Assembly (NCBI GenBank): GCA_031374785.1
Contig: JANMGR010000141.1
Coordinates: 1,543 to 65,542 of the forward strand
Direction of reading: 5' to 3'
DNA: 64,000 bases
DNA from: Sphingomonadales bacterium
GTDB lineage: Bacteria > Pseudomonadota > Alphaproteobacteria > Sphingomonadales > Sphingomonadaceae
The translations under genes and the position numbers were made by a program. Under the pieces are notes generated by a model. That model saw only the letters and a program-made list of their open reading frames with translations. It did no database searches and had not been told where the DNA came from. Within the stretch, counting starts at the first letter, position 1. Each line of letters opens with the position of its first letter. This document shows positions 48,932 to 58,325 of the stretch, one piece after another.

Positions 48932-49923
48932 GCGCTTACAGCCCCCTTCCCGATCCGCAGCATTTGTTCGATCATGACGAAGCGGCACAGGCTTTTGCTG
49001 ACATACTTGATGCGCGTGCATCGGATGACGCCATACAAGCATTTTTGACCGCGCTGGCGCTGCGCGGTGAAACGATGGTCGAAATAGCCGCCGCTGCCCA
49101 AGCCATGCGTGAACGACTGATCCCTATTGACGCACCCAAAGGCGCCATTGACGTGTGCGGCACAGGTGGCGACGGGCATCATACGCTGAATGTTTCCACC
49201 GCTGTTTCAATCGTCGTTGCTGCGTGCGAAGTGCCAGTCGCCAAACACGGCAACCGCGCAGCTTCCTCCAAGGCGGGGGCTGCCGATACACTCGAAGCGC
49301 TTGGCCTGAACATGGAACGCGCGGGCGCGAATGCAGAGGCGACGTTGAAGGACCTCGGCATCTGTTTTCTCTTTGCCGCCAACCACCATCCAGCGATGAA
49401 GCGTATTCAGCCCATCCGTCAGCGTATTGGCAAACGCACGATATTCAACCTGATGGGCCCACTTGCCAATCCGGCGCGAGTCACCCGCCAGCTGATCGGT
49501 ATTGCTCGCCCTGCCTATGTGCCAGTCTATGCTGAGGCATTGCATTATCTTGGCACCGAACATTCGCGGATTATTTCGGGCGACGAAGGCCTTGACGAAC
49601 TGTCACTTGCCGGCGGCAATGAGGTTGCTGTGGTCGAACCGGAAGGCGTTCGCTTTCAACGCACCACAGCCGCCGATGCAGGGCTTCCGACTTATCCTGT
49701 CGAGGCGATCCGTGGCGGAGACGCCTCCTTTAACGCCGCCGCGTTGCAACGGCTGCTTATGGGCGAAAAGGGTGCTTACCGCGACGCAGTGCTGTTTAAT
49801 GCTGCAGAAGCACTTCTCGTAGCAGGCGTCGTCGACACTATGCCCGATGGCGTCGAGGAGGCCGCCGAAGCAATCGATAAAGGACTGGCCAAAGCTTTGC
49901 TGGATTGTTGGATCGCGTATTGA
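48928..49923 (+). CDS. trpD: anthranilate phosphoribosyltransferase
   Basis: [15 protein letters not shown] and NLMGPLANP motifs are present. Confidence 0.95.
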   Translation: MSAYSPLPDPQHLFDHDEAAQAFADILDARASDDAIQAFLTALALRGETMVEIAAAAQAMRERLIPIDAPKGAIDVCGTGGDGHHTLNVSTAVSIVVAACEVPVAKHGNRAASSKAGAADTLEALGLNMERAGANAEATLKDLGICFLFAANHHPAMKRIQPIRQRIGKRTIFNLMGPLANPARVTRQLIGIARPAYVPVYAEALHYLGTEHSRIISGDEGLDELSLAGGNEVAVVEPEGVRFQRTTAADAGLPTYPVEAIRGGDASFNAAALQRLLMGEKGAYRDAVLFNAAEALLVAGVVDTMPDGVEEAAEAIDKGLAKALLDCWIAY

Positions 49924-49925
49924 TT

Positions 49926-50465
49926 ATGAACGCGGCAATTTACGAGATACGTCCAGCGATGCCCGAAGATGCGGCGCTGGTTCCAGCGATAGAGCAATCC
50001 GCTGGCGATCTGTTCCGAAGTCATCCTGATCTTGCATGGATAGCTGACGGTGACGTGCAAAGTGAGCAAAGACACATCGACTTGATTGCGCACGGCGCTG
50101 CGTGGGTGGCGCTGGACGCTGATGGCTTTCCGGTCGCATTCCTGAATGGTGAACTCATTGGCCGCAGCTTCCACATCTGGGAAATGTCAGTTCACCGAGA
50201 TCATCAGCGGCAAGGGCTAGGTTCAAAGCTAGTTGGCCATGCTTACGACTATGCGCTTGCCAAGGGCTATCTCGCGTTGACTTTGACCACTTTTAGGCAA
50301 GTGGATTGGAACGATGTTTTTTATAGTCGATTGGGTTTTCAACTAGTCGAAGGCGGCCAGCTTTCAGATAAATTATCGCAAATACTTGCTGACGAAGCGA
50401 CTGCGGGTTTGCCTGCCGGCCGACGCTGCGCGATGGTTATGCCGGTGGTGGAGCAACCGATATAA
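49926..50465 (+). CDS. GNAT family N-acetyltransferase
   Basis: ATG 2 nt after the trpD stop. Acetyl-CoA motif region VHRDHQRQGLGSKLV. Confidence 0.78.
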   Translation: MNAAIYEIRPAMPEDAALVPAIEQSAGDLFRSHPDLAWIADGDVQSEQRHIDLIAHGAAWVALDADGFPVAFLNGELIGRSFHIWEMSVHRDHQRQGLGSKLVGHAYDYALAKGYLALTLTTFRQVDWNDVFYSRLGFQLVEGGQLSDKLSQILADEATAGLPAGRRCAMVMPVVEQPI

Positions 50466-50539
50466 ACATCAAAATCCGCCCCGAACGCGCCGATGATTAT
50501 GCAGCGATTTACAACGTCACCAAACGCGCCTTTGCGCCG

Positions 50540-50962
50540 ATGCCGTTTGCCGCTGGCGATGAGCAGGATTTGATAGATCAGCTGCGCGATGCAGGCGCGT
50601 TAGTGCTATCTTTAGTTGCGGAGCAAGACCGCAAAGTCATCGGCCAAATCAGCTTTTCCCCTGCTTTTGCAGCGGATGGTTCGCCCGGATGGTATGCTCT
50701 TGGACCGGTCTCAGTTGAACCCGCGGTTAAGTATCAAGGCATCGGCACCGAATTGATCCTTGCCGGGATAACATGGCTGCGCGAACAAAAAGCGGCGGGT
50801 TGTGCGCTGGTTGGCAACCCGGCCTATTACAGCCGCTTCGGTTTCAAACCGTATCCAGCTTTAGCGCCTAAGGGCGAGCCTGCCGAATATTATCAAATCT
50901 TGCTCTTGCGGGGCGAGGAACCCGGTGTAGTGGTGGGCTTTCATCCGCTATTTCATGCCTAG
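50540..50962 (+). CDS. GNAT family N-acetyltransferase (YhbS-like). The minimal ATG-initiated ORF is given; the homologous reading frame extends up to ~50462 without a canonical start.
   Basis: VSVEPAVKYQGIGTELI acetyl-CoA region. The in-frame upstream codons encode INIKIRPERADDYAAIYNVTKRAF, a typical GNAT N-terminus. Confidence 0.6.
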   Translation: MPFAAGDEQDLIDQLRDAGALVLSLVAEQDRKVIGQISFSPAFAADGSPGWYALGPVSVEPAVKYQGIGTELILAGITWLREQKAAGCALVGNPAYYSRFGFKPYPALAPKGEPAEYYQILLLRGEEPGVVVGFHPLFHA

Positions 50963-51000
50963 GCTATCAACGACAGCTTTTTGCAAAACTGAATCACATG

Positions 51001-51534
51001 TTAGTCTTCACCTGCCCGCCCGATCGGTGCATCCAATAAATCTTCGATAAAAAGCGAAACCAGCATCGACTGGCTGCTTACACCCGCTTTCGCATAGACT
51101 TGGCTTAACTGCGACCGCACAGTGCCGTTGGCAGCATTCCGCAATCTAGCGATCTCGGAAATGTTGCAGCCTTTCATCGCGAATAGGGCAACCTCGGCTT
51201 CGCCCGATGTTAGGCCCCATTCGTTAAATCGCGCCGATATTTGTTGCGCCAATGCGCCGCGTGCGATCTTGAGCGATCTGTCCTTATGCCGGACCTCTGC
51301 TGACATATGTTGGGCATAACGCGTCGCCACGATCAGCCCGGCAATCAAAGCCACCGCGACAACGCAATCCATGACAATTTCAAAACTGATGCCGCTTTTC
51401 GACGCATTACGAATGTCGTCAATCCCATCGACAAGGAAGTAGGCGGCAGCGATGGCCTGCGCCGCGACGACCAGCAGGATAAGAACCATTCGCCCTTTTG
51501 GTTTCCAATCAAAATTCTGATCTGCCTGATTCAT
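51001..51534 (-). CDS. membrane-anchored LuxR-family (HTH) transcriptional regulator
   Basis: Internal Met start (MNQADQ...), two TM segments, and a C-terminal LuxR/FixJ-type HTH (LTSGEAEVALFAMKGCNISEIARLRNAANGTVRSQLSQVYAKAGV). Confidence 0.72.
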   Translation of the reverse strand: MNQADQNFDWKPKGRMVLILLVVAAQAIAAAYFLVDGIDDIRNASKSGISFEIVMDCVVAVALIAGLIVATRYAQHMSAEVRHKDRSLKIARGALAQQISARFNEWGLTSGEAEVALFAMKGCNISEIARLRNAANGTVRSQLSQVYAKAGVSSQSMLVSLFIEDLLDAPIGRAGED

Positions 51535-51616
51535 ACAACATCCGCTTAGCAAAGCCCAAATAAGCCGATGCTTATGGCACAATCTGCATACAACGCTAGC
51601 TTCCAAATAGCGACGA

Positions 51617-51642
51617 GTGAGGCGGGAGAGTGAGGCGGGAGA
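51617..51642. repeat. perfect tandem direct repeat 2 x 13 bp (GTGAGGCGGGAGA)
   Basis: Read directly at 51617-51629 and 51630-51642. It ends at the ATG of the membrane protein gene, in the divergent intergenic region shared with the LuxR gene. Confidence 0.9.
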
Positions 51643-52506
51643 ATGAGTATGAATGATAACGAGCAAAGTGGGCTAGCAAGCACCTTAACCAAAGTCCCAG
51701 CAGTCACTTTGGCGTTCTGGGTCATCAAAATTCTGGCGACAACCTTTGGCGAGACAGCGGGCGACAGCGTGTCGATGTCATGGCTTGGGGAAACCACCGC
51801 CAATGCGCCGACGGCGTTCTGGCAAAACGGCTATTTAATCGGCTCGGCCATTTTTGGCTCCGCATTGGCCATTTTGGTCGCGCTGCAAATCCGCACGCGC
51901 AAATTCAATCCGTGGCTGTATTGGGTGACGATCATTGCGTCGACCACTGCGGGAACAACGCTCGCTGATTTTGCCACGCGGTCACTTGGCATTGGCTATC
52001 CGGGCGGGTCGATATTGCTGCTTGCGCTGGTGCTCACATCTCTGTTCGCATGGCATCGTGCGTTGGGGACAATCTCGGTCAGTTCGGTTCACGAACCCAA
52101 GGCTGAGCTTTATTATTGGATTACAATCACATTTTCGCAGACTTTGGGCACAGCGCTTGGCGACTGGGTTGCTGACGGGCGGCTTGGCTATCTGGGTTCA
52201 GCTGTGATTTTTAGTGCGCTGTTGGCATTGGTGGCTTTCGCATATTACCGCACCGGAATTAGCCGCGTGGTCCTTTTCTGGGCCGCGTTCATACTTACCC
52301 GTCCGTTGGGCGCTGTTGTTGGCGATTTTCTCGATAAACCCGTTGCGCATGGTGGCCTAGAGTTAAGCAGGGCGGGCGCATCGGCGGCGATTGGTGTTAT
52401 GATGATCGTGTTGATTTTTGTGTTTCCACAGCGTGCGACAGAACAAGAGAAGCGGGGCATGATTAAACCCATCGGCCTTTTCAAATCCATCCGGTGTTCG
52501 TTGTAA
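51643..52506 (+). CDS. polytopic membrane protein with four internal repeats (COG4705-like)
   Basis: Motif repeated four times: FWVIKILATTFGETAGD, YWVTIIASTTAGTTLAD, YWITITFSQTLGTALGD, FWAAFILTRPLGAVVGD. Confidence 0.7.
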   Translation: MSMNDNEQSGLASTLTKVPAVTLAFWVIKILATTFGETAGDSVSMSWLGETTANAPTAFWQNGYLIGSAIFGSALAILVALQIRTRKFNPWLYWVTIIASTTAGTTLADFATRSLGIGYPGGSILLLALVLTSLFAWHRALGTISVSSVHEPKAELYYWITITFSQTLGTALGDWVADGRLGYLGSAVIFSALLALVAFAYYRTGISRVVLFWAAFILTRPLGAVVGDFLDKPVAHGGLELSRAGASAAIGVMMIVLIFVFPQRATEQEKRGMIKPIGLFKSIRCSL

Positions 52507-52585
52507 TTAGGGTCCAGACGCGCATTCTGATTAAGGCTAAAGCGCCGTTGAAAGATTATGGCGCCTTCGCTACGGCGAGTGCACC

Positions 52586-53365
52586 ATGACCGATAAACTC
52601 GCAGAAATTTGCGCAACGAAGCGCGTTGAAGTTGCCGAACGCAAGCGATGGGGGTTGATGCATTGGCCGGCTGCTTCGCCCGTGCGCGGGTTTGAGGCAG
52701 CGCTGCGAGCAAATGCCTCCACAGGATTCTCGCTGATAGCGGAGATAAAGAAAGCCAGCCCATCCAAAGGACTGATCCGTGCCGATTTCAATCCGGCGGC
52801 TCATGCGGCGGCGTATCAGGCGGGCGGGGCAGCTTGTCTTTCGGTCCTTACCGATGCGCCGTATTTTCAGGGGGCGGAGGCGTATCTGGTTGCCGCACGC
52901 GCCGCCTGCACTCTTCCTGTACTCCGCAAAGATTTCATGGTTGATCCGTGGCAATGCGATGAGGCGCGCGCGATGGGGGCCGATGCGATTTTGATCATTG
53001 TCGCGGCGTTGGAGGACGCGGCGATGGTGGACATCGAAACCGCTGCGCGCGAATACGACCTCGATGTTCTGGTCGAGGTGCATGACGAGGCCGAAATGGA
53101 CCGCGCGCTGACACACCTCAAATCGCGTCTGATTGGTGTGAATAACCGCAATTTGAAGACCTTTGAAGTTGATTTGGAAACCACCGAGCGGCTGGCAAAG
53201 CTGGTTCCATCCGATGTTTTGCTGGTCTGCGAGAGCGGCATCTCCACTTATGCTGATTGCGTGCGCATGGCAGATTGCGGTGTGCAGACATTTCTGGTCG
53301 GCGAAAGCCTGATGCGGCAAGATGATGTCGAGGCTGCGACGCGGGCGTTGTTGACTGGCGTTTAG
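52586..53365 (+). CDS. trpC: indole-3-glycerol phosphate synthase
   Basis: [28 protein letters not shown] and ESGI motifs are present. Confidence 0.95.
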   Translation: MTDKLAEICATKRVEVAERKRWGLMHWPAASPVRGFEAALRANASTGFSLIAEIKKASPSKGLIRADFNPAAHAAAYQAGGAACLSVLTDAPYFQGAEAYLVAARAACTLPVLRKDFMVDPWQCDEARAMGADAILIIVAALEDAAMVDIETAAREYDLDVLVEVHDEAEMDRALTHLKSRLIGVNNRNLKTFEVDLETTERLAKLVPSDVLLVCESGISTYADCVRMADCGVQTFLVGESLMRQDDVEAATRALLTGV

Positions 53366-53383
53366 CTTCAAAGATGTAAAAAC

Positions 53384-53479
53384 GGCGAGACGGAAAGACG
53401 GATGGACGGATTTCTACTCTGCCTGATCGGCAGCACGTCTATTCGTCTTTCCGTCTATCCCTGCTCGCCTTTGGCGAGC
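53384..53479. other. long imperfect inverted repeat with overlapping alternative hairpin
   Basis: GGCGAG-ACGGAAAGACGGATGGACG...CTGCC/GGCAG...CGTCTATTCGTCTTTCCGTC...CTCGCC. The CTCGCC can alternatively pair with the downstream GGCGAG (GCTCGCCTTTGGCGAGC). Confidence 0.6.
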
Positions 53480-53525
53480 GCCAAAAAACCTCGACGTGTC
53501 CCTCAGAAATCCGCAAAGAAGACCT

Positions 53526-53996
53526 ATGACTAAACTCACACATCTTGATGACGCAGGCAACGCAGCGATGGTTGATATCTCTACAAAGGCCGCCACGGTT
53601 CGTGAGGCAGTTGCAGAGGGTCGTGTTGCGATGTCGGCGGAAGCATTGGCCGCTATCAAGGAGGGTGCGGTCAAGAAGGGCGATGTGCTCGCCACGGCGC
53701 GGATTGCGGGCATTATGGCTGCTAAGAAAACCAGTGAATTGATCCCATTGTGTCACCCGCTTGCGCTCTCGAAAGTTGCGGTCGATTTCGAGTTTGAGGC
53801 AAACGGCATCCGCGTAACTGCCCTCGCGCGCCTGACTGGGCAAACCGGCGTAGAGATGGAGGCGCTGACTGCAGTGTCGGTGGCGTTGCTCACGATCTAT
53901 GACATGGCAAAAGCGCTCGATAAGAATATGGAAATTTTGGGCATCCGGTTGCTATCCAAAACTGGGGGCAAATCGGGCGATTGGCACGCGAAGTGA
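53526..53996 (+). CDS. moaC: cyclic pyranopterin monophosphate synthase
   Basis: [19 protein letters not shown] start, [28 protein letters not shown] and [21 protein letters not shown]. Confidence 0.93.
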   Translation: MTKLTHLDDAGNAAMVDISTKAATVREAVAEGRVAMSAEALAAIKEGAVKKGDVLATARIAGIMAAKKTSELIPLCHPLALSKVAVDFEFEANGIRVTALARLTGQTGVEMEALTAVSVALLTIYDMAKALDKNMEILGIRLLSKTGGKSGDWHAK

Positions 53997-55174
53997 TTTC
54001 CATACAAGAGGCGCAGGCCCGGATTTTTGCGCTTAAGGCTCCGGTTGCGGTTGAAACTGTGCCGCTTTTGGAGGCTGCTGGGCGTTGGGCCGCCGAAGAT
54101 GTTCTAGCTTTACGAACACAGCCTGCGCGTGACCTGTCCGCGATGGATGGCTATGCGGTGCGCTTTGGCGATGTAGATGGGCCTTGGCGCGTGATTGGCG
54201 AAAGTGCGGCGGGTAAGCGCTTTACGGGCTCTATCGGCGCAGCTGAAGCTGTGCGTATTTTTACTGGTGCAGTGGTTCCTGAAGGTGCGGACAGCGTTAT
54301 CATTCAGGAAAATGTTACGCGTGATGGCGACACCGTGACGATAACCGGCGATCCGCTGGAGAAACTAGGGCAGAATGTGCGGCGTCAGGGTGCGGATTTC
54401 CACTTAGGCGCAACGCTGATTCCAAAGGGAGCCGAACTACACGCGCGGCACATCGCGCTCGCTGCAATGGCGGGGCACGGCGCGCTGTCTGTGCGGAGAC
54501 GCTTGAAAGTTGCGGTTGTATCAACAGGGGATGAACTGCTGCCTCCCGGCGAAATGTGTGGAGAGGACCAAATCCCATCGTCAAATGACGTGATGCTCGC
54601 CGCTATGCTGCGCCATATGCCGGTTGAAATCACCATCGTCCCTGCCGTGGCGGATCATCTGAATGTTTTAACAACGCAGTTCGCGGCTCTGACCGACCAC
54701 GACATTATCGTCACCACAGGCGGCGCATCTGTCGGCGATCATGACTTAATTGCTCCAGCGTTGCTGGCCGCAGGGGGCAAGATCGACTTCTGGAAAATTG
54801 CGATGCGTCCTGGAAAGCCGGTTATTGCAGGGACTATCGGTGATGCTGTAGTGCTCGGCTTGCCTGGAAATCCGGTGTCGGCTTATGTAACGGCCTTCCT
54901 CTTATTACTGCCTCTGATCCGGCATTTGGGGCGCGCTAGCCAACCTTTGCCAAAGCGACTCACCGCCATTTCAGCCGCGGATTTACCCGCAAATGGCGCG
55001 CGGACCGATCATCTTCGCGCAGCTTATGTCGATGGCATCATTACACCAGTCGGAACCAATGACAGCGCCATGCTGGCTGCGCTTTCTATATCTAACGCAT
55101 TGATAATACGAGATATTGATAGTGAACAACTCTATGCGGGAGCGGAAATTCCCTATTACGCTTTACCCTGCTAA
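53981..55174 (+). CDS. moeA: molybdopterin molybdotransferase
   Basis: MoeA layout with [24 protein letters not shown] and LPGNPVS. An in-frame GTG at 53993 (GTGA overlap with the moaC stop) is an alternative start. Confidence 0.9.
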   Translation: MAREVISIQEAQARIFALKAPVAVETVPLLEAAGRWAAEDVLALRTQPARDLSAMDGYAVRFGDVDGPWRVIGESAAGKRFTGSIGAAEAVRIFTGAVVPEGADSVIIQENVTRDGDTVTITGDPLEKLGQNVRRQGADFHLGATLIPKGAELHARHIALAAMAGHGALSVRRRLKVAVVSTGDELLPPGEMCGEDQIPSSNDVMLAAMLRHMPVEITIVPAVADHLNVLTTQFAALTDHDIIVTTGGASVGDHDLIAPALLAAGGKIDFWKIAMRPGKPVIAGTIGDAVVLGLPGNPVSAYVTAFLLLLPLIRHLGRASQPLPKRLTAISAADLPANGARTDHLRAAYVDGIITPVGTNDSAMLAALSISNALIIRDIDSEQLYAGAEIPYYALPC

Positions 55175-55213
55175 TATGTTTCTGAATGTCGACACTTGAC
55201 AACACCCCTATTT

Positions 55214-55239
55214 GTTTCCTAACTGTTCCCACTCTGTTC
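55214..55239 (+). promoter_or_regulatory. LexA operator: GTTT-N7-GTTC-N7-GTTC
   Basis: GTTTCCTAACTGTTCCCACTCTGTTC lies 20 nt upstream of the lexA ATG and matches the alphaproteobacterial direct-repeat SOS box GTTC-N7-GTTC. Confidence 0.75.
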
Positions 55240-55258
55240 AGTAACATGGGAACATAAA

Positions 55259-55963
55259 ATGTTGACCTCAAAACAGCACTCGCTTCTTCTTTTCATCCAT
55301 GAGCGTCTTGAAGCCTCGGGAATTTCACCCTCTTTTGAGGAAATGAAGGAAGCGTTGGACTTGAAAAGCAAATCTGGCGTGCACCGGTTGATTGGTGCTT
55401 TGGAAGAACGCGGGTTTCTTCGCCGCCTCGCCAATCGCGCGCGTGCATTGGAAGTGGTGAAGATGCCCGACGGCGGCAGCGCGCGTTCGCTGTCCAAAAC
55501 CGAGGCGGTCAATAACAAGGTTGCAGTGTTGGCGGATCATCGTCCCACACCACAACGTAACATTCCGGTTGCCGCAAACGACGTTATCGAAATTCCGCTG
55601 CACGGAAAAATTGCTGCTGGTGTGCCGATTGAAGCTTTGGAAGGGCAGACTTCTTTGTCTGTGCCAATGGCCTTGCTCGGCGCAGGGGAACATTATGCGC
55701 TCGAAGTATCCGGCGATTCCATGATGGAGGCTGGCATCCTTGATGGCGATTATGCGCTCATCCGCAAAACGCAAACTGCGCGCGACGGCGAAATTGTCGT
55801 TGCATTGGTCCGCGGCGAAGAAGCTACGCTGAAATATCTACGGCATGAAGGGCAAAAGGTCCGCCTTGACCCCGCCAACAGCAGCTATGATCCGCAATAT
55901 TATGACGCGAATGAGGTTGAGGTTCAGGGTCGTTTGGCCGGATTACTGCGCCGCTATCATTGA
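55259..55963 (+). CDS. lexA: LexA repressor
   Basis: Winged-helix N-terminus ([16 protein letters not shown]...SFEEM), an AG cleavage site ([10 protein letters not shown]), and the catalytic S (GDSM) and K (RLAG region). Confidence 0.95.
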   Translation: MLTSKQHSLLLFIHERLEASGISPSFEEMKEALDLKSKSGVHRLIGALEERGFLRRLANRARALEVVKMPDGGSARSLSKTEAVNNKVAVLADHRPTPQRNIPVAANDVIEIPLHGKIAAGVPIEALEGQTSLSVPMALLGAGEHYALEVSGDSMMEAGILDGDYALIRKTQTARDGEIVVALVRGEEATLKYLRHEGQKVRLDPANSSYDPQYYDANEVEVQGRLAGLLRRYH

Positions 55964-55980
55964 GAAGGAGTCTTTGGCGT

Positions 55981-58212
55981 TTACATAACGCGTTGGGACT
56001 TCGTGTCAGGTTTAAGGAAAGGGCGTTTGGGCGCTCTTTCTTTTTTGCCAAGCGTTGACCAAGGATAATGCGCCGTATTGCGCGCAACGCTATCGACAAA
56101 CGCATTATCAAAATACACCGCCAATCCGCCGTTTTGTTCTAGAAAATCACGATCTGCTTTGAACCAGCGCGGTTTGCAGCTCCACGGCAAATACCGTTCG
56201 CTAATCACAATATCGGCGCGTTTGCAGGCAGCCGCAAATTCCATTGCTGGCACCAGATAACTTGATCGCGTGGCCATGATTGACCAGCTTCGGTCTCCGC
56301 TTTTGATAGCAACCGTGCAGATATCGGCGCTGCATGTTGCGCCATCCCAATCATCAATCGCTTTGGGTTCGGTCTTTATCGCGGCATTCTCACTTAACAT
56401 CGAAAGCGCGTATTCACCTGCACCGGGGCGAAGCAAAACCAGCTCACCCGCTTTATCGACAATCGCAACATGGCGGCCATCCCCTGTAACCAAAAGATCG
56501 GGGCGTGGTGCTATCGCCATTGCTATTGTTCCTGCGATCACAGGGGCTATTCCCAAAAACCGGCCCCTATCTTTAACGATGGCGATCCAAAGCCCACCAA
56601 TCACCGTCAACCCAAAGGCCCAATTTGGCATCGACGGCAACATCAGCACAGATCCCGGCGCGTTGCTGACGCCGTAAGCCATCGTCATGATGACTCCAAC
56701 ACCCTGCCCCGCTAGCCACCAGAACGGACCGCCCCAACCGATTTGATCGAAAATCAGCGCTAGTATTTGCAACGGCATGACAAAAAACGTCGTCAACGGA
56801 ATGGCCACGATATTGGCGACCGCTCCATACAATCCACTTTTGTGGAAGTGAAACAAAGCGATGGGAGCCAAGATAAGTTCAATCGCCACGCCTGTCGCCA
56901 AAAGCGAAAAGACAAACCGTCCAAACTTTAGTGGCAATGCCTCGTCCCGGCGCGCAGTCAGCCGCTGCATTAAAGGCGAATCGTGCAGCAAAATAATGGT
57001 CGCAACTGCTGCAAAGCTCAGCTGAAAACTTGGCCCCGCTAGCGCCTCGGGCCAGAACAACAGAACCGTACAAGCGCCTGCGGACAGCAACCGCAATGAT
57101 AAAGGTTCTCGCCCCATCGCAAGCGCAACCAATATCAGCAACGCCGCTATGCACGCCCTAACCGTTGGCACTTCGGCTCCAGTCAGCAAAGTGTAGCCAA
57201 CAGCAATCGCCGCAGCCCCGCCCGCCGCCGCGATCGGAACCCGTATTCTGAGCGCTAGCCAAGGAAACAACGCCAATATCCGACTGATCATTAAGAATGC
57301 ACCGCCGACAACCGCTGTCACGTGCAATCCGCTGACCGACAATAAATGCGCCATGCCGCTATTACGCAAAGCCTCTGCATCCGGCTCGGAGATTGCGCCG
57401 CGTGTCCCGACCAACAACGCCGCGCCAACCGCGCCGCTCTCACCCGGCATTGCAGTCCGAATATGGCTGGCAAGGTTTTCGCGCGATACGCTCCAAAAAC
57501 TTCCACCACCCGGCGACTTAGTAACCACTTTCGGTGCCGATAAAGCGCTACCGGTTGCGCCAATGCCCAGAAACCACGCTTGCCGCGAAAAATCATAGCT
57601 ATTGGGTAATGCCGGCCCCGCAGGCGGCATCAGTCGGGCCTTCAACTGGATGATCGCGCCGGGCTCTATTTCAGTTCGATGCTTGTCCTTGGGAACATTA
57701 ACGCGGACCAATGGCGGCAGATCAGCATGTCCCCCGGTTTTCAGAACATAGCGTACCAACCCGCGGGCAGAGACATCCTCCACACTTTCGACATGCGCGT
57801 TGAAAGTAACAATTTTTGGCTTTTGCAACGCCGCGCTGGCAACCAAACTTGATTTCGCAGCAATCGCCAGAAACCCAAGGCTAAACAATATCGCCGCCCA
57901 TAATAGCACTCTTGCACAACGATATTGCAGTCCTATGGTGACCGCGAGCAATGCAAATCCAGCGGCTGCGCAAAGCACCGCAGGCAACGCAGCATCACCG
58001 CCAAATTGCCACCCGATGATCCCTGCACCCAACCCAATTGGCACCAATAGCGGCAGTTGATCGCGCTGCGCTTCCAATGCATTTTCGATCACCGAAATGG
58101 AGTCGAATGATATCCGTTCATCGGCTTGACGCGACGGCGAAAACTGCGCAAGGAAGCGCCGTGCAATGGCGCTTTGGGGCTTCGTGATCGCGCTCCCACT
58201 TTCCATTGCCAA
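55981..58212 (-). CDS. ComEC/Rec2 family competence/DNA internalisation protein
   Basis: 743-aa polytopic membrane protein with a competence domain pattern (SGMAHLLSVSGLHV). It sits between lexA and gltA. Confidence 0.85.
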   Translation of the reverse strand: MAMESGSAITKPQSAIARRFLAQFSPSRQADERISFDSISVIENALEAQRDQLPLLVPIGLGAGIIGWQFGGDAALPAVLCAAAGFALLAVTIGLQYRCARVLLWAAILFSLGFLAIAAKSSLVASAALQKPKIVTFNAHVESVEDVSARGLVRYVLKTGGHADLPPLVRVNVPKDKHRTEIEPGAIIQLKARLMPPAGPALPNSYDFSRQAWFLGIGATGSALSAPKVVTKSPGGGSFWSVSRENLASHIRTAMPGESGAVGAALLVGTRGAISEPDAEALRNSGMAHLLSVSGLHVTAVVGGAFLMISRILALFPWLALRIRVPIAAAGGAAAIAVGYTLLTGAEVPTVRACIAALLILVALAMGREPLSLRLLSAGACTVLLFWPEALAGPSFQLSFAAVATIILLHDSPLMQRLTARRDEALPLKFGRFVFSLLATGVAIELILAPIALFHFHKSGLYGAVANIVAIPLTTFFVMPLQILALIFDQIGWGGPFWWLAGQGVGVIMTMAYGVSNAPGSVLMLPSMPNWAFGLTVIGGLWIAIVKDRGRFLGIAPVIAGTIAMAIAPRPDLLVTGDGRHVAIVDKAGELVLLRPGAGEYALSMLSENAAIKTEPKAIDDWDGATCSADICTVAIKSGDRSWSIMATRSSYLVPAMEFAAACKRADIVISERYLPWSCKPRWFKADRDFLEQNGGLAVYFDNAFVDSVARNTAHYPWSTLGKKERAPKRPFLKPDTKSQRVM

Positions 58213-58325
58213 TATGGTCTCCCGACCGAAAATTTGGAGCTATGCTGCCGAAAAGAAAATAACAGCAGAATTCAGATTTCTTGGTCTAATATACTCGGCT
58301 GCCCCGGCCCAAATGCAAGTGGAAA

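Noticed and set aside
52556-53371. 271-aa minus-strand ORF
   Set aside because: It is antisense to trpC, whose motifs are clear on the plus strand, so I treat it as a shadow ORF.
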